From an uncultured Chloroflexia bacterium (lineage in GTDB: Bacteria; Chloroflexota; Limnocylindria; Limnocylindrales; CSP1-4): a stretch of DNA of 64,000 nt. The stretch spans positions 193,975-257,974 of the forward strand of contig CAWDXT010000015.1 in NCBI GenBank assembly GCA_963806265.1, read 5' to 3'. This document shows positions 38,173 to 49,604 of the stretch, one piece after another (positions within the stretch are counted from its first letter, which is position 1; every line of letters begins with the position of its first letter). The translations under genes and the position numbers were made by a program. Below the pieces are notes generated by a model, which ran no database searches, was not told the origin of the DNA, and saw nothing but the letters and a program-made list of their open reading frames with translations.

Positions 38173-39552
38173 TCAGCTCTCGGGCTCGGCGTACGCGACG
38201 CGACCCCCGGCCAGCGTGAGCCGCACGACCCCGGGCAGCGTCTGCCCGATGAACGGGGAGTTCCTCCCCTTCGAACGGAGCGTCGCCGCAGTCACGGTCC
38301 AGGATGCCGAGCGATCGATCACCACGAGGTCCGCGGGCTCGCCCTCGCGCAGCCCGGGGCGAACCGCCGGGCGCTCCCCGAGGACTCGTGCCGGACCGAT
38401 GGTGAGCAGCTCCACCGCACGGGCCAGGGTGAGGCGTCCGGCGCCGACCGCGGCGAGCACGACCCCGATCGCGGTCTCGATGCCGCTGATGCCGTTGGCC
38501 GCCCAGCCGAACTCGACGTGCTTGTCCACCTCGGTGTGCGGCGCGTGGTCGGTCGCGATCGCATCGACCGTGCCGTCGGCCAGGCCCTCGAGGCACGCGA
38601 CGGCATCCTCGGCGCGGCGCAGCGGCGGGTTGACCCGCAACGAGGTGTCGTACGGGGCGGCGACACGCGCGCCGTCCTGCCACGGATCGAGCGCGTGCCC
38701 CGCCTCGTCCAGCGCGGCCCAGGACCAGCGCCGGGCGCCGGCCAGCCACTCGTCGGTGAGCCCCATGTGATGCGGCGTGACCTCGCACGTGACCGGGAGC
38801 CCGGCCGCCTTCGCTGCGCGGACATGGGCGAGCGACGCGGCTGTCGATACGTGGCACAGGTGGAGCCGCGCCCCGGGCACGTCGCGAACCACGTCGGCGA
38901 GGATCGCGATCGAGCGGGCGATCGATGATGCCTCGGCCGCGACCGGCCAGCCCCTGAGCCCGAGCACCGTCGCAACGTATCCCTCGGACGCTTCCGCCCC
39001 GGCCGTCAGCGCAGGCTCCTCGGGGTGATCGAGGATGGGCAGCTCAAGGGCACCCGCGTACGAGAGCGCGTTGCGCATCAGCGTCGGCGATGCGACCGGG
39101 CTGCCGTCGTCCGAGAACCCGACCACGCCGACATCGGCCAGCTCGCCCATCGCGGACAGCGTCTCCCCCGCCCGAGCCCGGGTCACGGCTCCGTGCACCA
39201 GCACCCGCACCGGCGAGCCGGAGGCCAGCGCCGCTCGCTCGACCTGCGAGACGACCGATGGATCGTCGATCGCCGGCGTGGTGTTGGGCATCAGGCACAC
39301 CGTCGTGAACCCACCGTGCGCCGCCGCCAGCTGGCCCGTCGCGACCGTCTCGGCATCCTCGTTGCCCGGCTCGCGGAAGTGGGCGTGGATATCGACCAGG
39401 CCGGGCAGCAGCAGCGTGCCGTCGGGCGTGAGCCCGTCCGCGCGGTCGCCCTCGAGCCACGTCAGCCGGTCCAGGGTCCCGTCACGTACCGCGACCTCGG
39501 CCGGACCCTCGCGAGCGGCCGCCGGGTCGACCGCCCAGCCACGGACCGTCAC
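38173..39552 (-). CDS. pyrC: Dihydroorotase
   Basis: LLLPGLVDIHAHFREPG...GGFTTVCLMPNT...HLCHVSTA...VTPHH...RVNPPLR...DAIATDHAPH. Confidence 0.9.
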   Translation of the reverse strand: MTVRGWAVDPAAAREGPAEVAVRDGTLDRLTWLEGDRADGLTPDGTLLLPGLVDIHAHFREPGNEDAETVATGQLAAAHGGFTTVCLMPNTTPAIDDPSVVSQVERAALASGSPVRVLVHGAVTRARAGETLSAMGELADVGVVGFSDDGSPVASPTLMRNALSYAGALELPILDHPEEPALTAGAEASEGYVATVLGLRGWPVAAEASSIARSIAILADVVRDVPGARLHLCHVSTAASLAHVRAAKAAGLPVTCEVTPHHMGLTDEWLAGARRWSWAALDEAGHALDPWQDGARVAAPYDTSLRVNPPLRRAEDAVACLEGLADGTVDAIATDHAPHTEVDKHVEFGWAANGISGIETAIGVVLAAVGAGRLTLARAVELLTIGPARVLGERPAVRPGLREGEPADLVVIDRSASWTVTAATLRSKGRNSPFIGQTLPGVVRLTLAGGRVAYAEPES

Positions 39553-39598
39553 CCCGTCGGCGAGCTCCCCGGGCGTGGTCCCCGGAGCAGGGCTGCGC

Positions 39599-41283
<1,685 letters not shown>

Positions 41284-41833
41284 CTAGTAGACGGACACCG
41301 TGACCTTGGTGGTACCAGCCCACGACCCACAGCCGCAGATCTTGAAGAAGTCGGGCCGGTACAGGTCCACGACCCGGATCTTCTTGACCGGACCATAGTC
41401 GGTGACCGTGCGTTGGATGCAGCCGGCTTTGCCGCAGATCCGGACGACGGTGCCGCGCGGCAGCCGCATCGCCGTCGTCCCGTTGTCGTAGAAGGACGCG
41501 TAGCCGGAGATCGTGTACTTCGGCTGCTTCCAGGCCTGGCCCGAGCGTGCGGCCGGTTGATCGGCCCTGGGCCGGGCAGTCGGCCCGTCAGGCACCGCAC
41601 CGAGCTCCACGAACCCGGCATCGCTGGTGGCCTTGCCGGCCTGCTGCAGGGCAGCGTCAACCTCGCCCGGGACCGAATTGTTCAGGGCGTTCGCTGGGAT
41701 GGTGACCGTCGAGTAGGCGACCGGACCCAGCGCCAGGGACGTCGAGATTGACCTCGAGCCCGCGGGATCCGGCAGCCCGGCCAGTGCGACCACGGCGATG
41801 AGCGCCGCAGCCGCGACGACCGTTCTGCGTCGC
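41284..41833 (-). CDS. Secreted RlpA-like double-psi beta-barrel (DPBB) protein
   Basis: Signal peptide MRRRTVVAAAALIAVVALAG. C-terminal SGYASFYDNGTTAMRLPRGTVVRICGKAGCIQRTVTDYGP...VVDLYRPDFFKI. Confidence 0.75.
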
Positions 41834-41952
41834 ATGACTGGGCCAAGGGTATCCCATGCCATCGATCCGCGTGGGTGACGGGGTGGCCACCGGCGAGGAC
41901 CGCATGGGCTGAGCGCCGAGCGTCCGGCCGCTGAACGTCCGGACCACGCGCC

Positions 41953-43708
41953 TCAGCGAACGATGCTGGCGCCGGCGATCGTGGACAGCTGGAGTCGCCC
42001 GAACGTGCTTCCCTGCCAGGCGAGCACCTCGACCTTGGTATCGCTGCCCGGATCGGGGTGCCGACCACGCGAGGTGGCCGGTTCGGAGCGAGATGCTGTC
42101 GTAGGCGGGTGCGTTCTCGAGCACCGGGTGCTTCAGATCCGCGAGGCCCGTCGCCTGATCGACGGGATAGAGGCTCAGGCGGCCAACCTCGTCAGGTCCG
42201 TCGGACACCCACACCGCCACCACCGAGCTGTCCTGATCCCACTGGACCTCCCAGTCACCCAGGGGGCCGTCCGCCAGCACCTGGGCGTCGGACGCGCCGT
42301 CCGGCCACGGCGCGAGGACCAGGTGACCCTGATCGGGGATCCACATCTGGCCGTCAGCTGCGGGCTTGACCGTGCCTTCCCACCATGCGGCAACCTGACC
42401 GTCCGGTGAGACCGTGGGTCGCCACATCGACGCGTCGCCCACCTTCTCCTCCTCGCCCGAATGTCTCGATCGAGGATTGCCGTGACCGGGTTGCCATCGA
42501 CGACCCGGCTGATCAGGAGTCGATTGCCCAGCCACCCGTTGAACACCGACCTGTGGTCACTGGTCACCGCGACCGCACGCGCATCGCTCCCCTGCCACAC
42601 GAAGACGTCGGGACCGGCAGAGCCATCCGCTGGTCGCGCCGAGAACGCAAACGCGCTTCCATCGTCCGAGTAGCCCGCTGCGGATCCGACCACCGTCACG
42701 TCGCTCGCGATCTCGAGCGCGCCGTCGGGCCCCGGCGAGACCGCAACGCTCGGTGCCGGCGTCGGGAGCCTCAGAGCCGTCCGGTGGGGCCGACGGTGAT
42801 CCGGACGGAGATCCGGTGTCCGAGGGCGCGACCGACGGCGACTCGGACGCGGGTTGGGTCGGGACATCGCTGGCGGTCGGGGACGGCGACCTCGGTCGGC
42901 CCAGGGGTGGCGCTAGGCTCGGCGGTCGACGCAGGCGAGCCGGACGCCGCGGGCGTCTTCCCGGCCGACGGCGACGTCGAGGGCGCGGGCGTCCCGCTCG
43001 GCGCGGATGTCTCGGGCGCTGGGCTGCCCGCCTCCGCGTGTGACATCGCCACCACGTACAGCCGCTGCGGACCCGAACCACGCTCGAGGACCACGAGGTG
43101 ATCCTGCGTCGGCGAGATGATCCCAGCGAGCCTGGCATTACCCTCCAGCCGCGTGGACTGGGTGACGTCCATGGCGGCGGACAGCCCGCAGCTGGTCGTC
43201 CCCATGGGGCATACCTGGTCGAGCTGCCGGGAGAGGATCTCGACCGATCCGTCCTCTGCGCGGCTGACCATCCGAAGCACGCCGCCGGGGATCGTGATCG
43301 GCGTCGCCTCGGCGACAGCGCCCGAGCCGGGCAGCAGCGGCGACCTCCGTTCAGCACCCCGAGGACCGCGAGCGCGACGACAAGGAGCCCCGCGGCCGGC
43401 GCGAGCGGCAGCCATCCCCGGCCATTCGCCCGTGCGCCGGGTGCCGGGTGGGCGTCGATCGCGGCTGCGGTCCGTGCCCAGAGGTCGCGCGGCGGCTCCG
43501 GCCGGGCGTTGCGCAGCGCGTGCAGGGCCGAACGCTGCGCCGCATAGTCGGCGGCGATCGACCGGCATCGATCACAGCTCCCTAGGTGGGCGTTCAGCCA
43601 CGCCTCGTCCGCCGATGCCAGCGGCTCGTCCATTCGCCGGGCCGCCAGCTCCCCCGCGCGCGTGTGTGTCCCGAGCCCCGGGGTCAGGCGCCTGAGCCAA
43701 TCGCTCAT
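41953..43708 (-). pseudogene. Anti-sigma factor (zf-HC2) with TM segment, Ser/Pro linker and TolB/PD40-like beta-propeller domain; at least 5 frame changes
   Basis: WLNAHLGSCDRCRSIAADY (zf-HC2). TM WLPLAPAAGLLVVALAVLGVL. Later pieces in other frames: PITIPGGVLRMVSRAEDGSVEILSRQLDQVCPMG; GYSDDGSAFAFSARPADGSAGPDVFVWQGS; VSPDGQVAAWWEGTVKPAADGQMWIPDQGHLVLAPW; VEVLAWQGSTFGRLQLSTIAGASIVR-stop. The start overlaps the sigma stop (ATGA). Confidence 0.7.
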
Positions 43709-44328
43709 GACCGATCTCCCGCGTCCGTCGCGGACTCGGCACCTGCCAGCGCCTCCCGCTCCACCACAAGCGCACGCCGGAGGCTCTCACGTGCCCGGGT
43801 GAGCAGCGCCCGCGCGGCGACGTGTGAGACGCCAAGGGCCGACGCAAGCTCGAGGCCCGTGAGATCGTGCAGCTCGGACAGGAGCAGTGCAGAGCGCTGA
43901 CGCTCGGGGATCCGACCCAGCGCACGCTCCAGCTCGCCGGACAGCCGCGCGTCCATCACCAGCTGCTCGGCCGATGGGGCCGTCGCTCGCGCCTCGCCCG
44001 CGAGCGGCACGAACCGGACGATGCGCCGGCGTCGCAGCTCGTCGAGCGCGACCCGATGGGCGATCTGGTACAGCCACGCCCGGGCGTTCTCGGGCTTCTG
44101 GAGCGAGTCGTAGGCGCGATAGGCCTTGACGAACGCGTCCTGCGTGAGGTCCGCGGCCAGCTCCTCGTCGCGGAGCATCCGCGCGAGGTACGCGTAGATC
44201 TCGTGGTGGTGCCTGGCGAACAGGTCCTCGACGAACCGGTAGGCATCGTCGCGGTCCCAGGCGGCGCTCACGCGGAGCCCCGCCGCCAGCGGCGCATTGG
44301 GCTCGAGCTCGAAGGATCTGACGACCAC
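43705..44328 (-). CDS. ECF-type RNA polymerase sigma-70 factor
   Basis: IYAYLARMLRDEELAADLTQDAFVKAYRAYDSL (region 2) and RSALLLSELHDLTGLELASALGVSHVAARALLTRARESL (region 4 HTH). The start is tentative at GTG 44328. Confidence 0.85.
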   Translation of the reverse strand: MVVRSFELEPNAPLAAGLRVSAAWDRDDAYRFVEDLFARHHHEIYAYLARMLRDEELAADLTQDAFVKAYRAYDSLQKPENARAWLYQIAHRVALDELRRRRIVRFVPLAGEARATAPSAEQLVMDARLSGELERALGRIPERQRSALLLSELHDLTGLELASALGVSHVAARALLTRARESLRRALVVEREALAGAESATDAGDRS

Positions 44329-44456
44329 GAGTACTCCGTGAAGGGCTTCGGCTGCCGGGCATGGCGCGACATACCAGGACCGGGGGCCCCGACCACGTGT
44401 GACGAGAGGGGCTGCTCGCGTGTGACGGCTCGATCCCCCCGGCCCGCTCATCGCAC

Positions 44457-45454
44457 TCACCCGCCCTCCGCGCTTCCGGCGGCGAGCCCGGTCCGCAGCT
44501 CCTCGACAGCGTCCTCCGGCGAGACTGGGTTCACCGGCAGACCCGGTGCCCAGCTCCAGGCCGGCGATCTCGCGCAGGCGCGGATGGATCTCCCAGTGCC
44601 AGTGGTAGGTCGAGTCGACCTGCTCCCGGAGCGGCGCGCTGTGCAGGATGAGGTTGTAGGGCGGAGCGTCAAGGCTGGCCGCCAGCCGGCCGAGCACCTG
44701 GCGAAGCGCCTCCGCCGTGGCGGCGACATCCGCGTCGGCGGCCCGCGCGAAGTCCGCGTCGTGGCGACGCGGGACGACCCACACCTCGAACGGCGAGCGC
44801 GACGCGTAGGGGGCGAACGCGACCGCGTGGTCGTCCGCGTACAGCAGGTGGTCAGGACGCCGTACCTCGTCGCGGACCAGGCGGCAGTAGGGGCACTCGC
44901 CCTCGCGGATGAGGAACCGCGCCGCGCCACCGAGCTCCTCGGCGACGCGATGCGGGATCTGCGGCAGGTCGTAGAGGTCGAAGCACAGGTGGTTGGTGCG
45001 GGCCCCCGCCTGGGCGCCCCAGTTCTGGACGATCTGCAGGTGCTCGGTCCGGTCCGCGCGGCGCGGCAACGCCGATCTCGTCCCGGCACCGGCGCAGCAG
45101 GCCCTCGATGACCTCGTTGCCGACCGCGTGCAGCGGTCGATGCTCGCCGGGTGGCGCAACCACCGTCCGCCATGAGCCCGCCGCGCGCGCGTCCGTGAGG
45201 GTGACCTGGGCAACCGTTCCCTCGCGCGCGCGCGCCTCCTCCTCCGTGCCCGCGACCGTGAACGCGAAGTCCTTGAGCACGCGCAGGCGGATGCCGTCGC
45301 CCTCCGGCAGCCGACAGTTGAAGCAGTCGTCACGGTCGTCGATGCGGGCTGCCTTGAGCGCGAACCGCTCGCGCGCGAACGAGCGATCCACCACCGTGGC
45401 GACCCACCAACCGGTGATCGCATCCTTGCGAAGCTCGAACAGTCCCTGGCTCAT
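44457..45454 (-). pseudogene. galT: Galactose-1-phosphate uridylyltransferase-family (HIT superfamily) protein; 2 frame changes (about 45075, about 44540)
   Basis: MSQGLFELRKDAITGWWVATVVDR...CFNCRLPEG; then QNWGAQAGARTNHLCFDLYDLPQIP...CPYCRL...FAPYASRSPFEVWVVPRRH...STYHWHWEIHPRLREIAGLELGTG; the tail LPVNPVSPEDAVEELR is in a third frame. Confidence 0.75.
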
Positions 45455-45465
45455 GCTCGCCGACC

Positions 45466-46248
45466 TCAAGCGGCCGAGGCGGCGACGATGCGGTCCAGGG
45501 CAGCGCGCTCCCGGATCGGATCGGCAGCCGGCGGCAGCCGGCCGGCGAGCGTCGCCCCCAGCTCTGCGGCCAGCGCCCTCGCAAACGATGCCGCCGCACG
45601 ACCCACGCTCTCGGTCGTCGGCCGGACATCATGGTGACCGAGCTCGGCCTCGATCGATGCCGACCGAAGGCCTGGCATGCCGCACGGATCGATCAGGTCG
45701 AAGTCCCGGAGATCGACCGAGACGTTGAGCGCGATCCCGTGAAACGCGACGCCGCGCTCGACCCTGACCCCCAGCGCGCCGATCTTGCGCGGCAGCGGAC
45801 CGTCGGGATCGATCCAGCAACCGGGATGGCCATCCCGTCGCCCGGCATCCACGCCCAGGCTCGCGCACGTTCCGGTCAGGGCGGCCTCCAACGCCCGGAC
45901 GTAGGGGCGCAGGAGCAGGGACCTGTCCTCCAGACGGACGATCGGGTATGCGACCAGCTGACCTGGGCCGTGATAGGTGACCTCGCCGCCGCGCTCGACC
46001 CGGATCAGCTCGATGCCACGCGCGGCGAGCAGCGGCTCGGGCGCGAGCACGTGCCCCGCGTCCGCATGGCGCCCGAGCGTGAGCACCGGCTCGTGCTCGA
46101 GCAGCAGCAGCTGGTCCCCGATCGCACCGGCAGCGCGGGCTCCAGCGAGGCACTTCTGGAGGTCCCACGCCTCGCGATAGGCGATCCGCCCCAGCCAGCG
46201 GGCCGTGATCGGGGATCGGGCCGCCGATCGTTCGACCTCCCGTTCCAT
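45466..46248 (-). CDS. lipB: Lipoyl(octanoyl) transferase
   Basis: YREAWDLQ...LLLLEHEPVLTLGRH...RGGEVTYHGPGQLVAYPIV...RKIGALGVRVERGVAFHGIALNV. It forms the 3' part of a 1150-aa GC-artefact ORF. The start is ATG 46248. Confidence 0.9.
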   Translation of the reverse strand: MEREVERSAARSPITARWLGRIAYREAWDLQKCLAGARAAGAIGDQLLLLEHEPVLTLGRHADAGHVLAPEPLLAARGIELIRVERGGEVTYHGPGQLVAYPIVRLEDRSLLLRPYVRALEAALTGTCASLGVDAGRRDGHPGCWIDPDGPLPRKIGALGVRVERGVAFHGIALNVSVDLRDFDLIDPCGMPGLRSASIEAELGHHDVRPTTESVGRAAASFARALAAELGATLAGRLPPAADPIRERAALDRIVAASAA

Positions 46249-46381
46249 GCCCGCACGATAGCAGGAGCGCCCGCGCATGAGACGCAGCGTCTCCCGTGCC
46301 CCGCATGGGGGTGCGGTCGACCTCCACCCGGGTGCTAGGCTGGCGGCATCCCGCCGTTCGCAGCCACGAATGACGGGCCAG

Positions 46382-46412
46382 GACCCGGAGGCGACGGAAC
46401 CGCCTCCGGGTC
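46382..46412. other. Perfect 12-bp GC-rich stem-loop in the lipB / VOC divergent region
   Basis: gacccggaggcg (46382-46393), loop acggaac, cgcctccgggtc (46401-46412). There is no flanking T/A tract on either strand. Confidence 0.8.
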
Positions 46413-46473
46413 TGATCGTTCGGGCACGGTCGAACATGACGATGGCGAGCGTGAGAGGCGCGGGAGGCGGGCC

Positions 46474-46881
46474 ATGGCAGGCGGCGTCGGAGAGATGCGA
46501 CTGGTCGTCACCGCCGACGACTACGACGAGGCGGTGCGCTTCTACCGGGACGTGCTGGGGCTGCACGAGATCGGGGCATTCGACGATGGCGCCGGGCGGG
46601 TCGCGATCCTCGACGCCGGGCGCGCCACGCTGGAGCTGTCCGATGTTCCCCATGCGGAGCACATCGACCGGCTGGAGGTCGGTCGACGGGTCGCGGGCCA
46701 CATCCGGGTGGCCTTCGCGGTCGACGACGCGGAGGCCATGACGGGCGAGCTGGTGCGCGGCGGTGCAGCGCTGATCGCCGCGCCCGTGGAAACGCCGTGG
46801 GGCTCGCGCAACAGCCGCCTGGCGGCGCCGGCCGGGTTGCAGCTCACCCTGTTCCAGGAGCTGACGCGGGAGCGTGCGTGA
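46474..46881 (+). CDS. VOC/glyoxalase-family protein
   Basis: MRLVVTADDYDEAVRFYRDVLGLHE...RVAFAVDDAEAM...PWGSRNSRLAAPAGLQLTLFQ. The start is ATG 46474 or ATG 46495. Confidence 0.7.
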   Translation: MAGGVGEMRLVVTADDYDEAVRFYRDVLGLHEIGAFDDGAGRVAILDAGRATLELSDVPHAEHIDRLEVGRRVAGHIRVAFAVDDAEAMTGELVRGGAALIAAPVETPWGSRNSRLAAPAGLQLTLFQELTRERA

Positions 46882-47151
46882 CGTTTCAGGCCTGCACGCC
46901 ACCGGGCCGACCGTCGCCATGGTCGATCTCACAGGCTCGCGCCTGATGGCCGAGCCACGCCGAACCCCATGCCCATGAGCCTGTGGCGCGCGATGGAGGC
47001 GGCCGAGGCGCTGCCCGCGCAGGACGTGGATCGTGTGCATGGTCGTCGGCCCGTCGATCGTCCCGGTGTCCGAGATCGGCAAGCTGCTGATCCGGACGCC
47101 GGTCGACGATGAGTGACCGCCTGATCCCAGTCGAGGAGGACGCTGCAGAAG

Positions 47152-48057
47152 ATGCCTGACCAGACCAGGCGGCTCCGGGAGCTGCGCGCCATGATCGAGC
47201 CGTTGCGGGTCGAGCCCGGCCGGACCGTTCGGCTTCCGGACGACTTCGACCCCGGCCATACCGGGAGCTTCGTGACCAAGAAGGATGCTGCCGCGACGCT
47301 CCGGCGCGGTGTCGAGCTGCTCGCGGAGTACCAGGCGCGACTTGCCGCGCAGGATACGTATGGGCTGCTGGTCGTGTTCCAGGCCATGGATGCGGCCGGC
47401 AAGGATGGGACGATCAAGCATGTGATGAGCGGGGTCAATCCACAGGGTGTCGAGGTCAGCTCGTTCAAGGTCCCGTCGAGCGAGGAGCTCGACCACGACT
47501 ACCTGTGGCGCTATGCGCGGCGCATGCCGGGCCGCGGGACGATCGGGATCTTCAACCGCAGCTACTACGAGGAGGTCCTCGTGGTGCGGGTCCACCAGGA
47601 CATCCTCGCCGGTCAGAAGCTGCCACCCAGCGCTCGCCGAGGCAACGTCTGGAAGCGTCGCTTCCGAGAGATCAACGACTGGGAGCGGTACCTGACGGAC
47701 AACGGGATCCGCATCGTGAAGCTGTTCCTCAACGTCTCGCGGGACGAGCAGCGGAAGCGGTTCCTGCGCCGGATCGACGATCTCGAGCGCAACTGGAAGT
47801 TCTCCAGCGCGGACGTTCGCGAGCGGCAGCACTGGCACGACTACCAGTCCGCGTTCAGCGAGATGCTCAGCAACACCAGCACCGAGCACGCTCCGTGGTG
47901 GGTGATCCCGGCCGACCACAAGTGGTTCATGCGCATTGCTGCCGGTGGTGTCATCCTGAGCGAGCTCGCCCGCATCGACCCCAGGTTCCCGGAGGTCAGC
48001 GAGGAGGCACGCGCCGCGATGCTGGCGGCGCGCGATGAGCTGCTTGGAGAGGACTGA
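47152..48057 (+). CDS. ppk2: Polyphosphate kinase 2 family (polyphosphate:nucleotide phosphotransferase)
   Basis: LLVVFQAMDAAGKDGTIKHV (Walker A)...DYLWRYARRMPGRGTIGIFNRSYYEEVLVVRVH...KLFLNVSRDEQRKRFLRRIDD...WKFSSADVRER. Confidence 0.9.
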   Translation: MPDQTRRLRELRAMIEPLRVEPGRTVRLPDDFDPGHTGSFVTKKDAAATLRRGVELLAEYQARLAAQDTYGLLVVFQAMDAAGKDGTIKHVMSGVNPQGVEVSSFKVPSSEELDHDYLWRYARRMPGRGTIGIFNRSYYEEVLVVRVHQDILAGQKLPPSARRGNVWKRRFREINDWERYLTDNGIRIVKLFLNVSRDEQRKRFLRRIDDLERNWKFSSADVRERQHWHDYQSAFSEMLSNTSTEHAPWWVIPADHKWFMRIAAGGVILSELARIDPRFPEVSEEARAAMLAARDELLGED

Positions 48058-49476
48058 ATGCCGATCGTCGGACGCCTGCTGCTGATCTCCCTGGTCACGG
48101 TCGGGCTCGGCGGATGCGCGGCTGCCGGGGCGACGCCGACCCCCGAGGCCGCCTCCGAGCCGGCCCCCTCGGGGACCGCCGCGGATGGCGGTCCGACGGC
48201 CACCGCGATCGCCTTCCTCAATGCCCTTGCCACGGGTGACGCCAGCACGGCGGAGGCGATGGAGGGGGCAACCATGCGCTCGGCTGCGCCGGCGGCCACC
48301 CTCACCCAGCTGTGGGACCAGCTGGTGACGCAGCTCGGGACATTCTCGGGTCTCGGAGGAGCCGAGACGTCCCAGGCGGGCGTGTTCACGAACGTGACCG
48401 TCGAGGGGCAGTTCGCGAACGCGACGGTGCCCCTGATCGTGAGCCTGAACGCCGATGGCGAGATAGCCGGGCTGCACCTTGGCGCGCCCGGTCCGACGGC
48501 ATCGGGGTCCGGCGCCTCGCCCACGGCCACCCCATCCCCGGCCAGCTACGTGGACCCCGGTGCGTTCACCGAGACCGAGGTCACCGTCGGGACATCCCCC
48601 TGGGAGCTCCCTGGCACGCTCGCGATGCCGGTCGGTGACGGCCCGTTCCCGGCTGTCGTGCTGGTCGCGGGCTCCGGCCCGAACGACCGCAACGAGACGA
48701 TCGGCCCCAACGCGCCCCTGCGCGATCTCGCCTGGGGCCTCGCGTCGAACGGGATCGCCACCCTGCGCTATGACAAGCGCACCCTGGTTCACGGCGCCGC
48801 GATGGCCGGTTCCGGCGTGACGGTCCACGAGGAGACGATGGACGACGCTGAGACCGCGGTCGAGCTCCTGCGACAGACGCCGGGCATCGATCCCGACCGC
48901 GTGTTCCTGGTCGGTCACAGCCTGGGTGGCTACCTGGCGCCGCGGATCGCGGCCGAGATCCCGGACCGTCTCGCCGGCATCGGCATGCTCGAGCCGGGCA
49001 GCAGCTCGCTGGCAACGCTGATCCTCGATCAGTACCAGTACCTCGCGTCGGGCGAGGGCGGGGCCGATCCGCAGGCCAAGGCCGCGCTACCCGAGATCCG
49101 CAAGCAGGTGGCGCTCGTGCAGTCGGACGCGCTGACGGCGTCAACGCCCGCCTCCGAGCTGCCGCTCGGCATCCCAGCCGCGTACTGGCTCGATCTCCGC
49201 GGCTACGACCCTGTCACCACCGCGGAGCAGCTGACGCTGCCGATGTTCATCAGCCAGGGCGGGCGTGACTACCAGGTGCCGCCATCCGAGCTCGCGCCGT
49301 ACCAGCAGGCGCTCGGTGCTCGCTCGAACGTGATGATCCGCGAGTATCCGTCGCTCAACCACCTGCTGATCGCGGGCGAGGGTCCGGCCAGACCGGCCGA
49401 GTACGCGCAGCCGGGCCACGTCGCGAGCGAGGTGGTGGCAGATCTCGTGGCCTGGGTGGACGGCCGCAGCCGCTGA
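48058..49476 (+). CDS. Lipoprotein alpha/beta hydrolase with an N-terminal DUF3887-like domain
   Basis: Lipobox LLLISLVTVGLGGCAA. PFPAVVLVAGSGPNDRNE...VFLVGHSLGGYLAP (nucleophile elbow). The ATG immediately follows the ppk2 stop (TGAATG). Confidence 0.8.
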   Translation: MPIVGRLLLISLVTVGLGGCAAAGATPTPEAASEPAPSGTAADGGPTATAIAFLNALATGDASTAEAMEGATMRSAAPAATLTQLWDQLVTQLGTFSGLGGAETSQAGVFTNVTVEGQFANATVPLIVSLNADGEIAGLHLGAPGPTASGSGASPTATPSPASYVDPGAFTETEVTVGTSPWELPGTLAMPVGDGPFPAVVLVAGSGPNDRNETIGPNAPLRDLAWGLASNGIATLRYDKRTLVHGAAMAGSGVTVHEETMDDAETAVELLRQTPGIDPDRVFLVGHSLGGYLAPRIAAEIPDRLAGIGMLEPGSSSLATLILDQYQYLASGEGGADPQAKAALPEIRKQVALVQSDALTASTPASELPLGIPAAYWLDLRGYDPVTTAEQLTLPMFISQGGRDYQVPPSELAPYQQALGARSNVMIREYPSLNHLLIAGEGPARPAEYAQPGHVASEVVADLVAWVDGRSR

Positions 49477-49604
49477 GCCCGCTCCCGCCACGAGGGACCG
49501 ACCAGCGTGGCCGCCCGGGATCCCGACCGAGGTCGCCTGCCGACACACGAATCGCCGATCACGATCACGATACGGCCATGGCGTTCTCGCACCACACCCG
49601 GACC

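Noticed and set aside
41834-41952. A possible ydaO-type (c-di-AMP) riboswitch upstream of the RlpA-like gene, since such riboswitches precede cell-wall hydrolase genes in Actinomycetota.
   Set aside because: The spacer is only about 120 nt, and I could not find the conserved paired ACGGGG / CCCGA-type cores by eye. A covariance-model scan (Rfam RF00379) would be decisive.
46966-47112. A small ORF in the 270-nt gap before ppk2 (MPMSLWRAMEAAEALPAQDVDRVH...; an alternative frame gives MVVGPSIVPVSEIGKLLIRTPVDDE).
   Set aside because: It is below 50 codons, the readable peptide is split over two frames, and there is no SD or recognisable family. It may be a gene remnant, but I cannot support it.
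45466-48918. A 1150-aa minus-strand ORF, the longest in the track.
   Set aside because: Only its last approximately 260 codons (lipB, 45466..46248) look like a real protein. The rest is Arg/Gly/Pro-rich and runs antisense to well-supported plus-strand genes (VOC, ppk2, lipoprotein hydrolase). It is a stop-codon-poor artefact of high GC.
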